Shown here piece by piece: positions 38,480 to 52,389 of a stretch of 64,000 nt of DNA. Source of the DNA: Eledone cirrhosa (taxonomy: Eukaryota); the NCBI GenBank assembly GCA_964016885.1, contig OZ024743.1, positions 353,214,001 through 353,278,000 on the forward strand, in the 5' to 3' direction. Made by a program: the position numbers and the translations under genes. A model generated the notes under the pieces. It was not told where the DNA came from and ran no database searches. It saw only the letters and a program-made list of their open reading frames with translations. Positions within the stretch are counted from its first letter, which is position 1. Each line of letters begins with the position of its first letter.

Positions 38480-40930
38480 CATCATCATCATCATTTTACG
38501 TCCGCTTTTCCCTGCTTGCAAGGGTTGGACGGGGCCTATTCAGCACAGCATCTCTGCACTTGTCACGGTCCTTCGTCATCCCCACCATGAGCTTCAGCGA
38601 TCTGAGGTTGATCTCACCACCTCCACCCATGTTTTACGTTGTCTACCTCTACTGGGATTTCTTGGCACTTCTTTACCCAGCGGTCATCCTCCATGTGCAT
38701 AACATGTCCATACCATCTCAGCCTTCTCTCCTGCACACAACTTATCCCTCTTATACCCAGTTTCTTTCTCAACTCGTCTATGCTTGGTCGCGCACATTGA
38801 CATTGCACATCCAACGGAGCATACTTGCTTCATTTCTCTCCAGCCATCGCATATCCTCTGCAGTTGCCGCCCACGTCTCACTACCATGCAGCATCGCACA
38901 TCTCACACAGGCATCATATAACTGTCCTTTCGTACGCATGGAGAAACCCTTCTTTGTCAACAGAGGAAGCAGCTCCCTAAACTTCTTCCAACCCATCCTT
39001 ATTCTTTATACTATGGCCTCGGAACACGTCCCTCCCATGCTAATCTGATCACCTACATACTGGAAGGTATCAACCACTTCTATAGAACCCACCTGCATTG
39101 GAAAAATGTGTCTATCACTGTGACTTCTACTGTCAAATTTCTCTGTACATCTACTGCATATGTAGTTTTCCCTACCTGTTAGTCTGCCTGCTATCCCACT
39201 ACATCTCGTGTACCCAAGATCTGCATTGCGTACATTTTATGGAATTTATGCCAGTTCCTTTCCTACATATCAAACATGGCCATTTCCCTGATGGAATCAG
39301 AGTATTGTCCTCTCTTCTTTGTCTTAGCTATGTTCACTCTGTCCTCTTGATTCCAACTGCTGTTTCCATAGTCATAATTTATTCTCTAGCTCCTCTACTG
39401 ATTCTGCTATAAGAGCCATATCATCAGCATAGAGAAGTTCCCATGGGCATCCAGTCTTAAACTCCTCTGTTATGGCTTGGAGGACTATAATGAACAAGAG
39501 CGGGCTGAGGACTGAACCCTGATGTACACCTACTTGTATCAGGAATTCCCCACTAAACTCCATACCTACTCTCACTTTACTGACAGCACCCCTGTACATA
39601 GCTTGCACTTTTCTCACAAGCCATTCCTCAACACCTAGTTTCCTTAGGGACTACCAGATGACAGATCGGGGTACCCTATCAAAGGCCTTCTCTAGGTCAA
39701 CAAAAGCTAAGTATAATGGCTTATTCTTCTCTAAGAACTTCTTGCCTCACATCTGTTGTACTTTTCCAAGGTACAAAACCAAACTGCATCTCATCTAATT
39801 TGACCCTTTCTCTAATTAGTTGCGCTAATATTCTCTCTGCCACTTTCATAACCTGATCCATCAGCTTTATGCCCCTATAATTGCTCCTCTCTAGAGCATC
39901 CCCTTTACCTTTGTAGCAATCTATGAGAATACTGCTGCACCAGTCTTTGGGTATGACACCACCATATATAACTTGATTGATGATGCGTGCGACCAGTTTA
40001 ATGCCTACGTCCCCTGATGCCTTCAGCATCTCAGCAACTATCCCCGACGGTCCAGCAGCCTTACCATTCATTTCTCTAAATTGCCTCTTGTACCCTATAT
40101 TCGTCAATCTCAATAGCTGGTCCCTCTGTTGGGCCTACTGGGGGTAATTCCTCTCTGTCCCATTCATTCTCCACATTCATCAGTCTCTCATAGTGACATT
40201 TCCAGGTCCCTTTTTTTTATCATTAGTGACACTAAGTACACCGGCATCATTCCGAACACATTTATCTCCAACAACATCCTGATTTGCACTGACACACTGC
40301 TTTGCAATGCGGAACACTGCACGTCTCTGATCTTCCCGTTGCAGAACATTGGCAAACCTCCTACTCTCAGCCTCCCTGCATGCTAAGTACACCTGACGTC
40401 TAGCTTCTCTCCTAGCAGCTGTGTATCCTTCTCTACTCCCACCATTTTTCCAAGCGTTCCATGCTAGTCTTTTGTCTCTAATGGCCCTATCTACCATGCT
40501 GTTCCACCACCAGGTCATTCTCTGTCTGGTTGAAGCTCTGTCCCAACCACAAGTTTCTTCAGTAGCCTGCATGCAGTAAGTTGTCATGTAAGAAATTCCA
40601 GTTATCATCTATGTCATACAACTCTAAATCATCTTCTTTGTCGTCATACATGTCTTGAAGGGCTTTGCTAAATTTATATTTTAATGAAAGGTCTTTTAGC
40701 TTCCAGACCTTTCTTTTCCACACCTTCCTGTATGTCTCAGTCTTTCTCATGCTTACTGAGATGTCACTAACGGCTAACCTATGCTGTGGGGTACATTCTT
40801 CCCCAGGGTATGCCTTAGTATTTGACACCATCTGTCTGTCTCACTGTCTATCTAGCAGGAAGTCAATCTGGCTTATGTGCTCGCCTGATTTGTAGGTTAT
40901 TAGGTGGCTGGTAGGTGTATGGAAGCTGTT
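38480..40930 (-). mobile_element. RTE LINE, decayed
   Basis: Fragments: AYPGEECTPQHRL, KAAGPSGIVAEMLK, NYRGIKL, GVHQGSVLSPLLF, LLYADD, RLRWYGHV; (GAT)n tail. Confidence 0.93.
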
Positions 40931-40984
40931 AGAACAGCAAAATACCCTCATATATATATAGTGGCAACACAAAAAAAAGCGGCC

Positions 40985-41636
40985 AGACCAGAACATCATC
41001 TGATGTCAATCAAGATGTTTTAAGAGAATTGGTGGAATGCAATCCACGCAGAAGTACTCAAGCAATTGACCTCAACACATTTGGGTTCCTTATACTCTTA
41101 GTTAGGAAGATCGCATATCCATAGCAACAAGTCTTCTTACAAGACAGAGAAATGACCCATTTCTTAAGAATATCATTTACAGGTAATGAAAAATAGGTCT
41201 TTTATAACAATGTTTAGTACGAAAGGCAGTAGATTGACAAGGATAAATCTCTGAGTCTACCCCAAAAGGCAGAGCTTCATGGAAGAAAATTTTTGCAGTG
41301 TGTATGGTGGGATAATTGCAGTATTATTCATTTTGAGTTTTTAAACCACAATCAGACACTTAATGCAGACTTATACTCTCAACAGCAACATGTACATGAA
41401 AATCTTCTAAGAAAATGCCCCACACTCGCCAACAGGTGAAAATGTTTGTGGAAAACTTCTTGAGGTTGAAACCACCTGAATTTTACTTGAGAGGAATCAA
41501 CAAGCTACCTGATAAATGGCAAGAGGTGATTAAAAATAATGGCAAATATACTATTGATTGAAATTACTTCATTGCTAAATTATTCATAAATAAATAATTT
41601 TACTAAAATGGAAATGATTTTAACTCAACTCAATAA
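40985..41636 (+). mobile_element. mariner transposon relic (internally deleted)
   Basis: WVPY, decayed TG(D/N)EK.V.YNN, ELHG...CVWWD...IIHFEFL...QTLNADLY, FYLRGINKLPDKWQEVIKNNGKY motifs. Confidence 0.85.
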
Positions 41637-42411
41637 AATATTGATGTGGCATCTGTGTATTCTCACAATCCTATCACTTCACCAATCATTGATGCTCTAT
41701 GGCTAAGTGAGGATTTGGGGCTCTACTATTCCATAAAAACCCATCATTGTATGCTAGAATAGATTGGTAGTCAATTAAACTGACCCGAGTATTTGACTTG
41801 TACTTTATTTTATTAACCCTTGAAAGATGAAAAGCTAAGTTAGCATTAGTGGAATTTGAATTCAGAATGTAAAGAAACAGGAACAAATACCACAAAATAT
41901 TATTTTATCCAATGCTCTATCAATCCCAATCCACTGCCTCATCCAACCCATGCTCGCATGGGTTGGATGGGTTGTTACAGACCAAGCCAATACTTTATTG
42001 GATCTACTGACCGCCTTAACAGATTGGGGGAACCCCGTTTGGCTCAATATTTGGCATGCTTCTACAGCTGGATGTCCATTTTAATGTGAGCCACCTTACA
42101 GAGTGTACAGGGTGCATATTATTGTAGCATCAGCACATGAGAAGTTATTATATCTGTGACATGAGTGCAGAGTACTCTCTTTTCTTTTTGGCATGGTTTT
42201 TATGGCTGGACACCTTTCCTAACAGCAAACACTTTACAGAGTATACTGAATGCATTTTATTATGGTATAAATATATAGGTACATATTTTCATATAATATT
42301 CCAAATCTTAACACTAGCTAAGTTTTCAACACCAACAATAACTCCATGTACCACCTTTAAATATCTTATCCCTTTCCTTTCAAGCTGTACCTTGAAATCA
42401 AAAGGACTGAT

Positions 42412-43345
42412 CCTGAAATCTACAACTCTTTCCTACAATCAGACCTGGACACAATGCAGCAATGGATCACAGACTGGCAACTGAAGCTGGCTGTGGACAA
42501 GTGCACCACCATGCATTTTGGGAGGAAAAATCCAGCGTCCACATACTCCCTCCACAACACTGATATCAAGAAGTCTTCTTGTGAACGTGACCTGGGCATT
42601 ACTGTCAGCAGCGATTTGCGTTGGACAAAGCATGTCTCTAAGATTGTCAAGAAGGCTGAGGGTGTCTTGGCATCACTCAGCAAGACCTTTGTTAGCCGCT
42701 CTCCAACCATCTATTTAAAACTGTATACAGCTATGGTACGACCACACTTGGAATTTGCATCATCAGTCTGGAACCCCCATCTTGCTCAGAACATTGACCG
42801 CCTGGAAACTGTTCAGAGACGTGCAACCAAGCGCATAGCCTCCATCAGACACCTACCATACTCTGAACGCCTTGCTTCCCTGGGCATGGATTCATTGAAG
42901 CTCCGACGTCTGGCAATGGACTTGGTAAACACCCACAAAGTTATTAACCATCTTGCCAACAACAACCCTGCATACCTTTTTGATCTCCATGTGTCTAACA
43001 CACGTGGACATGCCTACAAAATCAGAAAACAGCACAGCTCCCATGACTTTCGTAAACATTTTTTCACGCTCAGAGTTGCTGAAGCATGGAACAAACTGCC
43101 TGCGTCAGTTGTTAGCTGCCGAGACACTGCATCCTTTAAAACACTCATGCTTCCCGAAATATGCCAAAACTACACCTGATGTACCCCTTCCATACACATG
43201 CACACATGTGTATATCATGACTCATGCACTGTTCATTTTCCTGACGTTTGTACATTACCCTATGTACTATACATAAACTTTTTGATGAGTTGTAGTGCAC
43301 CTGAGCACTGTACACAATATTTCATTATTATTATTATTATTATTA
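42412..43345 (+). mobile_element. CR1-clade LINE 3' end
   Basis: Uninterrupted ORF 42454-43179: ERDLG, LYTAMVRPHLEF...WNPH, LETVQRRATK, TRGH, FFTLRVAEAWNKLP; (ATT)n tail. Confidence 0.93.
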
Positions 43346-44209
43346 CTAAAACACCCTTTCAATCCAATGAAAGAGCTTCAATCTGCTAGAAAAAACAGAA
43401 AATACTTCTTCCTATAACTAACTTTCAAAAAAAGCATTCAACCTTTGTGTTTATTCGTCTTCAGCCTCAGGGTTACCATAATCAAGCTGACATATGGTCA
43501 AAGGCATTCTAATCATGACCAACCCATCTTATTTTCAAATATAGTATATCAAGGACTACATTATAAAATTTACCCTTTCTTTCTTTCAGATAGCACAGTG
43601 TGATTTCAAGGAAATTTGGCAACTATTTTTAGCATTCTTCAATTTGGCATATAATGACTACCACCCAATATGACCATCTATAATTTTGGCTTGTTAGTAA
43701 TAGCAGCCAAGTTTCCCTCAAATCCCACCAAACAGTCTTAAAATAGATTGAGTCCAGATTTTGAAGCACAATATGGGTGATGGATGAAAGAGGTGAGCGA
43801 GTCAAGAGCACCCAAATGTAGATGAATGGAGCCTTCTTGCCAACCTAACCAAATTATAAGGAATCCACAAATGGAACAGAAAATAAAATTACGAATGTGA
43901 AGAAATAAAACAGAAACTCAAAGAGAAGATTTGAAAAAGATTAATTTATTACAAATTCTTTGCAGTGGTCCCATGATTTCAAAGTTAGGATGGAGATTGG
44001 TTTATTTATATTCTCATAACAATATGCCTAACAAATTTTGCTATAGAAGGTAATGATAAAGTTCACTACTCAGCGAGTTTTCAGTTTTTATTCTGAATAA
44101 TGGTGAAACTGCAGCAAACACTAGCAGAATTCAAGTAGCAAATTAAGACAATTTTTAAACCACTAAAAGATGAAAAAGAAGAAAAAAAAAAGAAGAAAAA
44201 GTACTGAGA

Positions 44210-44302
44210 TCAGAGGGCTAAAGATACTTTTTCTCCTGGTTTAAAAGCTGGCATTCCAAGGTAGGGACAACCAGAACAGCGGAACGCATCACCAAGGTAG
44301 CA
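44210..44302 (-). CDS. CIAPIN1: Anamorsin (CIAPIN1/Dre2) terminal coding exon, Fe-S cluster assembly factor
   Basis: Acceptor TTTCTATTGCAG followed by [33 protein letters not shown], the highly conserved anamorsin C-terminal motif; candidate AATAAA signals downstream (e.g. 43945-43950). Confidence 0.95.
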   Translation of the reverse strand, partial: CYLGDAFRCSGCPYLGMPAFKPGEKVSLAL

Positions 44303-44380
44303 CTGCAATAGAAATATATATTTTAAAAGTTAATATATAAAATAAACAGTAGTTAAGTTAGAATTAACATGCATAATACA

Positions 44381-44738
44381 AGGAGTGTTAACTCTTTACA
44401 TGAAACCACATTAGCAAGGCATTCTTAAGGAGCTTTAACTCTTTATATGAGACCACATTAGCAAGGCATTCTTAACCCTTTAGCATTTAAACTGGCCACA
44501 ATTCTCTCACCTCTTTCTGTTCAAACTTGCTGTAACTGGCCATTCATGACTGCTGTTAAAGTATTGTTCTCAAAATAAATAACATCAAAATCTCATAAAT
44601 TCGATATTATATCCGATAATTATGTAAGATAAAGCCTTTATCACAAAAATACAATAGTATATATGGAGTAATGTAAATGCTAAAGAGTCAAGGAGCTTTA
44701 ACTCTTTACATGAGACCGCATTAGCAAGGCATTCTTAA
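44381..44738 (+). repeat. 47-bp tandem repeat (3 units) interrupted by a piggyBac-type MITE at 44472-44691
   Basis: Unit AGGAGCTTTAACTCTTTACATGAGACCACATTAGCAAGGCATTCTTA; MITE inserted at a TTAA. Confidence 0.88.
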
Positions 44739-45137
44739 AAAATAAAAAAACACGACTGTAACTGCATCACATTCAACATTAAAGTCTTTACCCTAAAATT
44801 GCAAATGTTCACAATGATCTGTCCACTAGTAAAGTTACTACAAACATTTGAATTGACAAACCCATATCTAAATCTTTTCTGCAAAATCGTTACAGGATAT
44901 TAAGACATAAAAGAAGTACTAGAAAAAAAGACAAGTTTGACCTTGAGTATGTATGGGTATGGTCATACATAAAGGAAAATGTCTATAAGTTGAGAATTTG
45001 TGTTGATGTTGACTTTCACGATTTTGTATCCCATGGCCAAGTGTCTACTACTATAGCCCCAAGCAGACCAATGCTTTATAAGTGAATTTGGTTAATGGAA
45101 ATTGTAAAGAAGCCTGTGAAATATATACATATATATA

Positions 45138-47155
45138 GATTACTAAATGAGGAGAATGCATGGGAAGAAGAGACCCTACCCCAAGTAGACCCTATAGAGG
45201 GGCCAGCAGTACAAGTCAGCAGCAACGTAGTAAGTAAGGCAATCAAAGATATGAAGATGGGGAAGGCAACCGGTCCATCGGATATAGCTGCCGAGATGCT
45301 GAAGGCATCTGGGTCTGTAGGTCACACTATAACCACACGTATTGTTAACCAGGTAATACTAGGTGTCATACCAAAAGATTGGTGCAGTAGCATCATTGTC
45401 AACTGCTACAAAGGTAAAGGCAATGCACTAGATAGAGGAAACTATAGAGGTATAAAGTTGATCGACCAGGTCATGAAAGTAACAGAAAGAGTTATAGCAC
45501 AGTTGATTAGGGACCGGGTGAAAATAGACGAGATGCAATCTGGGTTTGTACCAGGAAGAGGCACCACTGATGCCTTCTTCCTTGTGAGGCAGTTACAGGA
45601 AAAGTACCTAGCTAAAAGTAAGCCACTCTACTTGGCATTTGTCGACCTTGAGAAAGCCTTTGACAGAGTTCCACGTGCTGTAATCTGGTGGGCTCTTAGA
45701 AAACTAGGAGTAGATGAATGGCTTGTGAAAGCGGTACAAGCCATGTATAGGGGAGCAGTCAGCAAAGTTAGGATTAGTAATGAGTATAGCGAGGAATTTA
45801 GCGTACAGGTTGGGGTCCACCAGGGTTCTGTTCTTAGCCCCCTCCTGTTCATCATAGTCCTGCAGGCAATAACGGAGGAGTTTAAGACCGGATGCCCATG
45901 GGAACTCCTGTATGCTGATGACCTCGCACTCATAGCTGAATCTATGGTAGAACTAGAGAAGAAATTCCAAACTTGGAAGCAGGGACTAGAAAGAAAGGGT
46001 CTCAAAGTCAACATGACAAAGACTAAGGTCCTTGTAAGTAGACGAGAAAACAGAACCCAGATCCTCTCAGGGAAATGGCCTTGCTCAGTATGTAGGAAAG
46101 GTGTAGGTAGGAACTCCATTCTCTTCCCCAAATGCAAACAATGGGTACACAAGAGATGTAGCGGGATCTCAGGAAGCTTAATTAAGAATGTAGGCTTCAC
46201 ATGCAGCAGCTGTGTTGGGACAGCAAGCAGCAAACAGCCACAGGAAACAAGTACCACCAATCTCTGGGAGGGCTCTGTAGAAACAGTAGACAGCTTCTGT
46301 TACCTAGGTGACCGAATTAGCAGCGGAGGTGGGTGTTCAGAAAGTACAATAACTAGGGTAAGAACGGGATGGAAGAAGTTTAGGGAACTACTACCACTGC
46401 TAGCTGCAAAAGGCTTCTCCCTCAGAATGAAAGGCAGACTGTATGATGCATGTATCTGAACAGCAATGTTGCATGGTAGTGAGACCTGGGCGCTGAAGGT
46501 GGAAGACTTACGTAGATTAGAGAGAAACGAAGCCTGCATGCTCCGATGGATGTGTAACAGTATTATACGTGAACGACAAAGTATAAATGAATTGAGAGAG
46601 AGACTGAGCATAAGAGGAATCAAATGCTGTGTGCAGGAGAGGCGGTTGTGCTGGTATGGACATGTGATGCGTATGAAGGATGACAGCTGCATAAAAAGGT
46701 GCAGAGCACTAGAAGTTGATGGAAACCGCGGAGTGGGGAGACCCAAGATGACCTGGGATGAGGTGATAAAAGCCGACCTTACCCAATTACACCTCTCAAA
46801 TGCAATGACACACGACCGTGACCTCTGGCGTCACGCAGTAATACAGAGTACCCGACCTCCCATGGGTACAAGCTGAAGCATATAGACAATATGCCCCCAC
46901 ACCGCAAGGTGGTCGTGGAGGTGCCACGGCAAAAAAGCACCCAGCCCACACTGTAAAGTGAACGTGTAGGCGCCACGAAAAAGCACCTAGCACTCACTGT
47001 AAATGAGGTTGATGTTAGGAAGGGCATCCAGCTGTAGAAATCAAGCCAAATCAGTTCCTGTATGAGCAAGGCATGGTCAGCCGACCAGACACTGCCCACA
47101 ACAGGACAACCCATGCTAGCGTGGAAGAACGGACGTAAAACAGTGATGATGATGA
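45138..47155 (+). mobile_element. RTE LINE, 5' truncated, well-preserved RT
   Basis: KATGPSD, NYRGIKL, AFVDLEKAFDRV, QGSVLSPLLF, YADD, Cys/His-rich insert, FCYLG; one TGA at 46457-46459 then the frame continues; (GAT)n tail. Confidence 0.96.
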
Positions 47156-47754
47156 CATATGTATATATGTAGCAAATTCTCTTCACACACTGACCTCTGG
47201 ATGGCACCTAGCTGTCATTTCTCTGTTATCTGAGTTGCCGTCAGTTTGTCTGGAGTGCTAGGTCATTTTGAGGTGAAAGGAAAATAACTTCTTTTACTCC
47301 GTCCCTCAAAAGAGACCATCAAATCAATCTGCTCAAGCAACTAGCACAATGTAGCGCTTAACAAAAAACTTCAGCCCTCTCAACAATGGCCCAGGACCAT
47401 TCGTCCATTTACATTTTAACACATCAATGAAGTTTTCATAAATACAACTTCAATAATATTAATACAAACAAACAAAAATGCATACACATCTTGACAAATA
47501 ATGTCACACAATTCATCTGTGTTTATGTGCTCTTAGTGTATTGTCATATAGCTTCAGCGTAAGTTATATTTAATAAATTAGTAACATAACGGCTTTGTGT
47601 TATCGTGAATTTTATATATTTCATTTCCTACTTGATCAAGGAACCATCATCATTTAAATGAACAGTTACTCACTTGCACACACGCAACAAATGAATCAAC
47701 ACCACAACACAACTATCCATACCAACATTTGACCCCCTCTCTCTCATATATATA

Positions 47755-48090
47755 TCATCATCATCATTTTACGTCCGCTTTTCCCTGCTTGCAAAGGTGG
47801 GACGGGAACTGATTCTGGCTTGATTTCTACAGCTGGATGCCCTTCCTAACACCAACCTCATTTACAGTGAGTGCTGGGTGCTTTTTTGCCGTGGGACCTC
47901 CACAACCACTTTGCAGTGGAATGATATGGACCCCAATCCCTATCATCTCATTTCTACAGCTGAGTAAACTGGAGCAATGTAAAATAAAGTGTCTTGCTCA
48001 AGGAAACAACACATCACCTGGTCTGAGAATTGAACTCACAACCTTTCGATTGCAAGGCCAATGCTCTAACCACTAAGCCATGTGCTTCCA
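47755..48090 (-). mobile_element. CORE-like SINE with RTE-type tail, full length
   Basis: tRNA head, CORE-like block, 3' end shared with the RTE at 38480; (GAT)n tail. Confidence 0.88.
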
Positions 48091-48399
48091 TATATATATA
48101 TATATAACCATGTGTAACCAGTTTAGAGTAAGTAGTGACTAAAAGTGTTGGTGTCAGAAAGGGCATCCAGCTATAAAAGATTGTCTCAAAATATCCCATC
48201 TCATCCACGGCAGCATGAAAAAAATCTGATGATGATGATATTTGCTTATGAGATTGTTCAATTTTAATTTCACTAAAGTATGAAGGACCAAATTGAATAA
48301 TGGTCTTACTAACTAATCATTTAACTAGTAACATCTTATCCATACATACATTACACATACACATATGTGTGTGTATATATATATCCATATGCCCCACAA

Positions 48400-50482
48400 G
48401 TTGGGCTTGCTGATGAACATAAAGACCATTTCTATGGTGACAGATGACAGCGATCTTATGATCGCAGGTGGTGACTTCAACAGACATGTTAGGAAACATC
48501 AGGGCAGATTTCCTAACATACACAGAGGCTATGGATATGGCACATGAAATGAAGAGGCAACAAGGCTTCTGGAGTTCTCTAATGCTCTTGACTTAATGAT
48601 CTGTAACACAAACTTCAAGAAGCCAGCCAATCACCTGATTACCTACCAATCAGGAGGACACACAAGCCAAATAGATTTCATCCTTGTCAAGGAATGAGAC
48701 AATCAAATGGTTGTAAATACCAAGTCCTTCCCTGGGGAGGAATGTACCTCCCAACATAGATTAATTGTCAGTGACCTTAGAGTAAGAGCTAGGTGGACCA
48801 AGAGACAAAAGACAGTCTGGAGAAGGAAGACTTGGAAGCTGAGAGAACCCTCTGAAGTTAACAAATTTCGAGAAATCTTTCTTTACACCTATGACAGTAA
48901 GGAAGAGGAGTTAGGGACAGGCATATGACAGAGACAAATTGGAAATTTCTATGGGACAACCTGTTGGAAGCCACAAGCCAGGTCTGTGGCTGGAGCAAGG
49001 TACAGCCAAGATGGGGCAGGGGGGAGGGTGACATGGTGCTGGAATGACAGTGGAGCACTTGCCCTGTCTGACACCGAAAAGGAGGAGGCATGGAAGAGAT
49101 ACTATGAGCGGCTGCTGAATGAGGAAAATGAATGGGATAGTGAGGGCCTACTGAAGGACCAGCCATAAAAGTTGCATTTACATTAGCATTCACATTACTC
49201 TATATATACTATTATATTTTCATGGTAAAGGCTTTACCTTGCATAATTATCTCACATAATATTGAATCTATAAGATTTTGAAAGTATTTGTTTTGAGAAC
49301 AATACCTTAACATCAGTTTGAGCAACCAGTAACAGCCAGTTTCAACAAAAAGAGGTAGAGAATTCTGGCCGGTTTTGGCCGGTTTGAACATTAAAGGGTT
49401 AAGGACATGAAGGTGGGGAAAGCAGCTGGACCATTAGGTACAGTCGATGAGATGCTAAAAGCATCTGGTATGGTAAGATATGAGCTAGTCAGACCCACAG
49501 TTAACTAAGTAGTACAGGATTGTGTCATACCCTATGACTGGCGCAACAGTGTCCTTGTAAATTGCTACAAGGGCAAAGGGGATGCACTAGAGACAAGTAT
49601 AGAGGCATCAAGCTGATGGACCAGGTCATGAAAGTTACTGAAAGGGTTATAGCACAACTAATCAGAGACAGAATCAGGTTAAATGAGATGCAGTTCAGAT
49701 TTATGCCAGGTAGGAGTACTACTGATGCCCTCTTTCTGGTGTGACAACTAAAGGAGAGGTATTTAACTAAGAGTAAGCCACTAAGAGTACCTAGCATTTG
49801 TAGATCTAGAGAAGGACTTTGACAGGGTCTCACACTCTGCACTTAGGAAGCTAGGTGTAGACAAATGGCTTGTGAGGGTTGTGCAGGCCATATTTAGAAT
49901 AGCAGCCAGCAGAGTGAAAGTTGACAATCAGTACAGTGATGAATTTGAAGTGCAGATGGGGTTCCACCAGGGATCAGTCCTCAGTCCATTCCAGTTTGTC
50001 ATTGTACTTCAGGCCATCACTGAGGAGTTTAAAACTGGTGCTCCATGGGAGCTCCTATATGCTGATGACCTAGTCCTCATTGCTAAATCTGTAGGAGAGT
50101 TAGAAGTAAAATTTCAGGCATGGAAGAAGAACCTAGAGCTGAGGGGCCTAAAAGTAAATTTAGCAAAGATGAAAGTTTTAATAAGTAGAAAAGAAGACAG
50201 GAAGGCGATACCATCAGGAAAGTGGCCTTGTTCGATATGTCAGAAAGGGGTGGGCAGAAATTCCATAAGGTGCACACAATGTAAATTATGGCCGCACAAA
50301 AGATGTAGTGGGATTGCAGGTTGGCTAACGGAAAAGATAGACTTTATATGCTACAGACACATATGGGAGATAAGCACAAAGAACACATGTGAAATAGATT
50401 CCCTCAGCTAACAGGGGAGCTCTCTAGAAGTTGTTGACAGCTTTCACTACCTAGATGATCAAATTAGTATTTGGAGAGGATG
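48400..50482 (+). mobile_element. RTE LINE, decayed, interrupted by a piggyBac-type MITE (~49170-49402, minus)
   Basis: APE motif IAGGDFNRHV, SFPGEECTSQHRL, YRGIKLMDQV, YADD, WPCSICQKG. Confidence 0.9.
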
Positions 50483-51589
50483 TGGCTGTGCCAGCTCCAG
50501 AATACTGCCTCAAAAACTTCAATGGTTATTATTGTTGCTTAGCACCAAATTACCCCTAATCAAAGCAAACCTCCATGATCAAATGCACTCCAACCATGAC
50601 CATCCTGTTTTTTTATTTTATCTGTCAGTCATATTATGATGACAGTGTATATCTAAAATTACATTTTAGACAGTTGAAGGAGATTTGGCTGCTATTATTT
50701 CCCAAAGGTTGAGGGACTCCATAGAACCTCCCTCATTGGTTTCTACAGCATTTGTAAGCACATAAATGATATAAGCATATATGTGTATGTGTGTATAATG
50801 TGTCTACATATGCATTCATGTATAATTTGTGTACATATCTAAGTATATAGTAATACAGCGCCCTTATATATTTTGGGTCTGTTGGTGCACAACTAAAGAG
50901 TTACTTTACCAACATTTAGTGTTCCAAGAAAGGCTACAATGGCATGGTTGCTTGTTTTCTTGACCAATTCTATATGAGGAATATTTGAACTTAGCACTCT
51001 TCATGACCCTGATGATTTTAAACAAAATACTTATCAATTACATCATCATAAAGGACATTGAACGCTGATGGCAGAGTGGTTAGAGAATTTGATTCACAAT
51101 CGCGAGGTTGTGAGTTCGATTCCCAGACCAGGCGATGCGTCATGTCCTTGAGCAAGACACTTTATTTCACGCTACTGCTTCTACCTGGATTTGCGAGCAA
51201 TAGATAATATTAGCAATTGGAAATACCAATGGGAACATTGACGAGCTCCACCCCCACTCGTTAAGCAAATGAGGTCTTGGATCTTGTCAATCGACTCTCG
51301 AAAGGGCAGTGGATTGGCAGAATCATTAGAGAGGCAGGCAAAATACTTTCCAGTATTATTTAGTCATATCTCTTTTATGTTTTGATTTCAAACTCCACCA
51401 GAGTTGACTTTGCCTTTCATCTTTAGCAGTGTGTATTGAAGTGGGGACAATAAAGAAAGTACTAGTCATATACTGGCTTTGTGATTATCTGTGTAAGAAA
51501 TCAATTAAATTATCATCACAACCCAACCATCATTACTATCACTGACCCTACCACCACCACCATCATTATCATCATGTATTAGAATATAC

Positions 51590-51952
51590 ATATTGGATGT
51601 GCAATGTCAATGTGCGTGAACGACCAAGCATAGACGAGTTGAGAAAGAAACTGGGTATAAGAGGGATAAGTTGTGGTGTGCAGGAGAGAAGGCTGAGATG
51701 GTATGGACATGTGATGCGCATGGAGGATGACCGCTGGGTAAAGAAGTGCTAAGAAATCCCAGTAAAAGGAAAACACAGTAGAGGTGGAACACAAAAAACA
51801 TGGGCAGGTGGTGAGAGCAGACCTCAGATCGCTGAAACTCACCGAGGAGATGACGAAGGACCGTGACAAATGGAGAGATGCTGTGCTGAATAAGACCCAT
51901 CCAACCCTTGCAAGCAGGGAAAAGCAGACGAAAAATGATGATGATGATGATA
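51590..51952 (+). mobile_element. RTE LINE 3' fragment
   Basis: Highly similar to the 3' end of the 38480 copy. Confidence 0.88.
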
Positions 51953-52389
51953 TTCAAATAATGTGATGAAGGATTTATACTGAGAGAAAATTTTCACTTT
52001 TCTATAAGAATACAATACGCAAATAAGCATGTGCATGTATATGCGAGTGCACATAAGCATATGTATATGTACAGGTGATAAATGTTGTTTTAAAGCCATG
52101 TCAAGATCCTTTTACTTCCATCTGAGATGTGCCAATATACAGAAATAACAACATAGCCAATTTTAAATGAAATTGCATTCCTTGTGAAAAACAAAATGTA
52201 ATCAATATCTTAGCAAATACAAATAAAACCCACACACAGACACAGACACACAGACACAGACACACACACAGACACATATATATATTATAAGACACATCCC
52301 ACTGAATGTAGTAGTGTTTTTAAAAACAAGTGTGGTTATGTAGAAATAATTGTATAAATAAATGATTCTATGTATAAACAAAAGAACAG

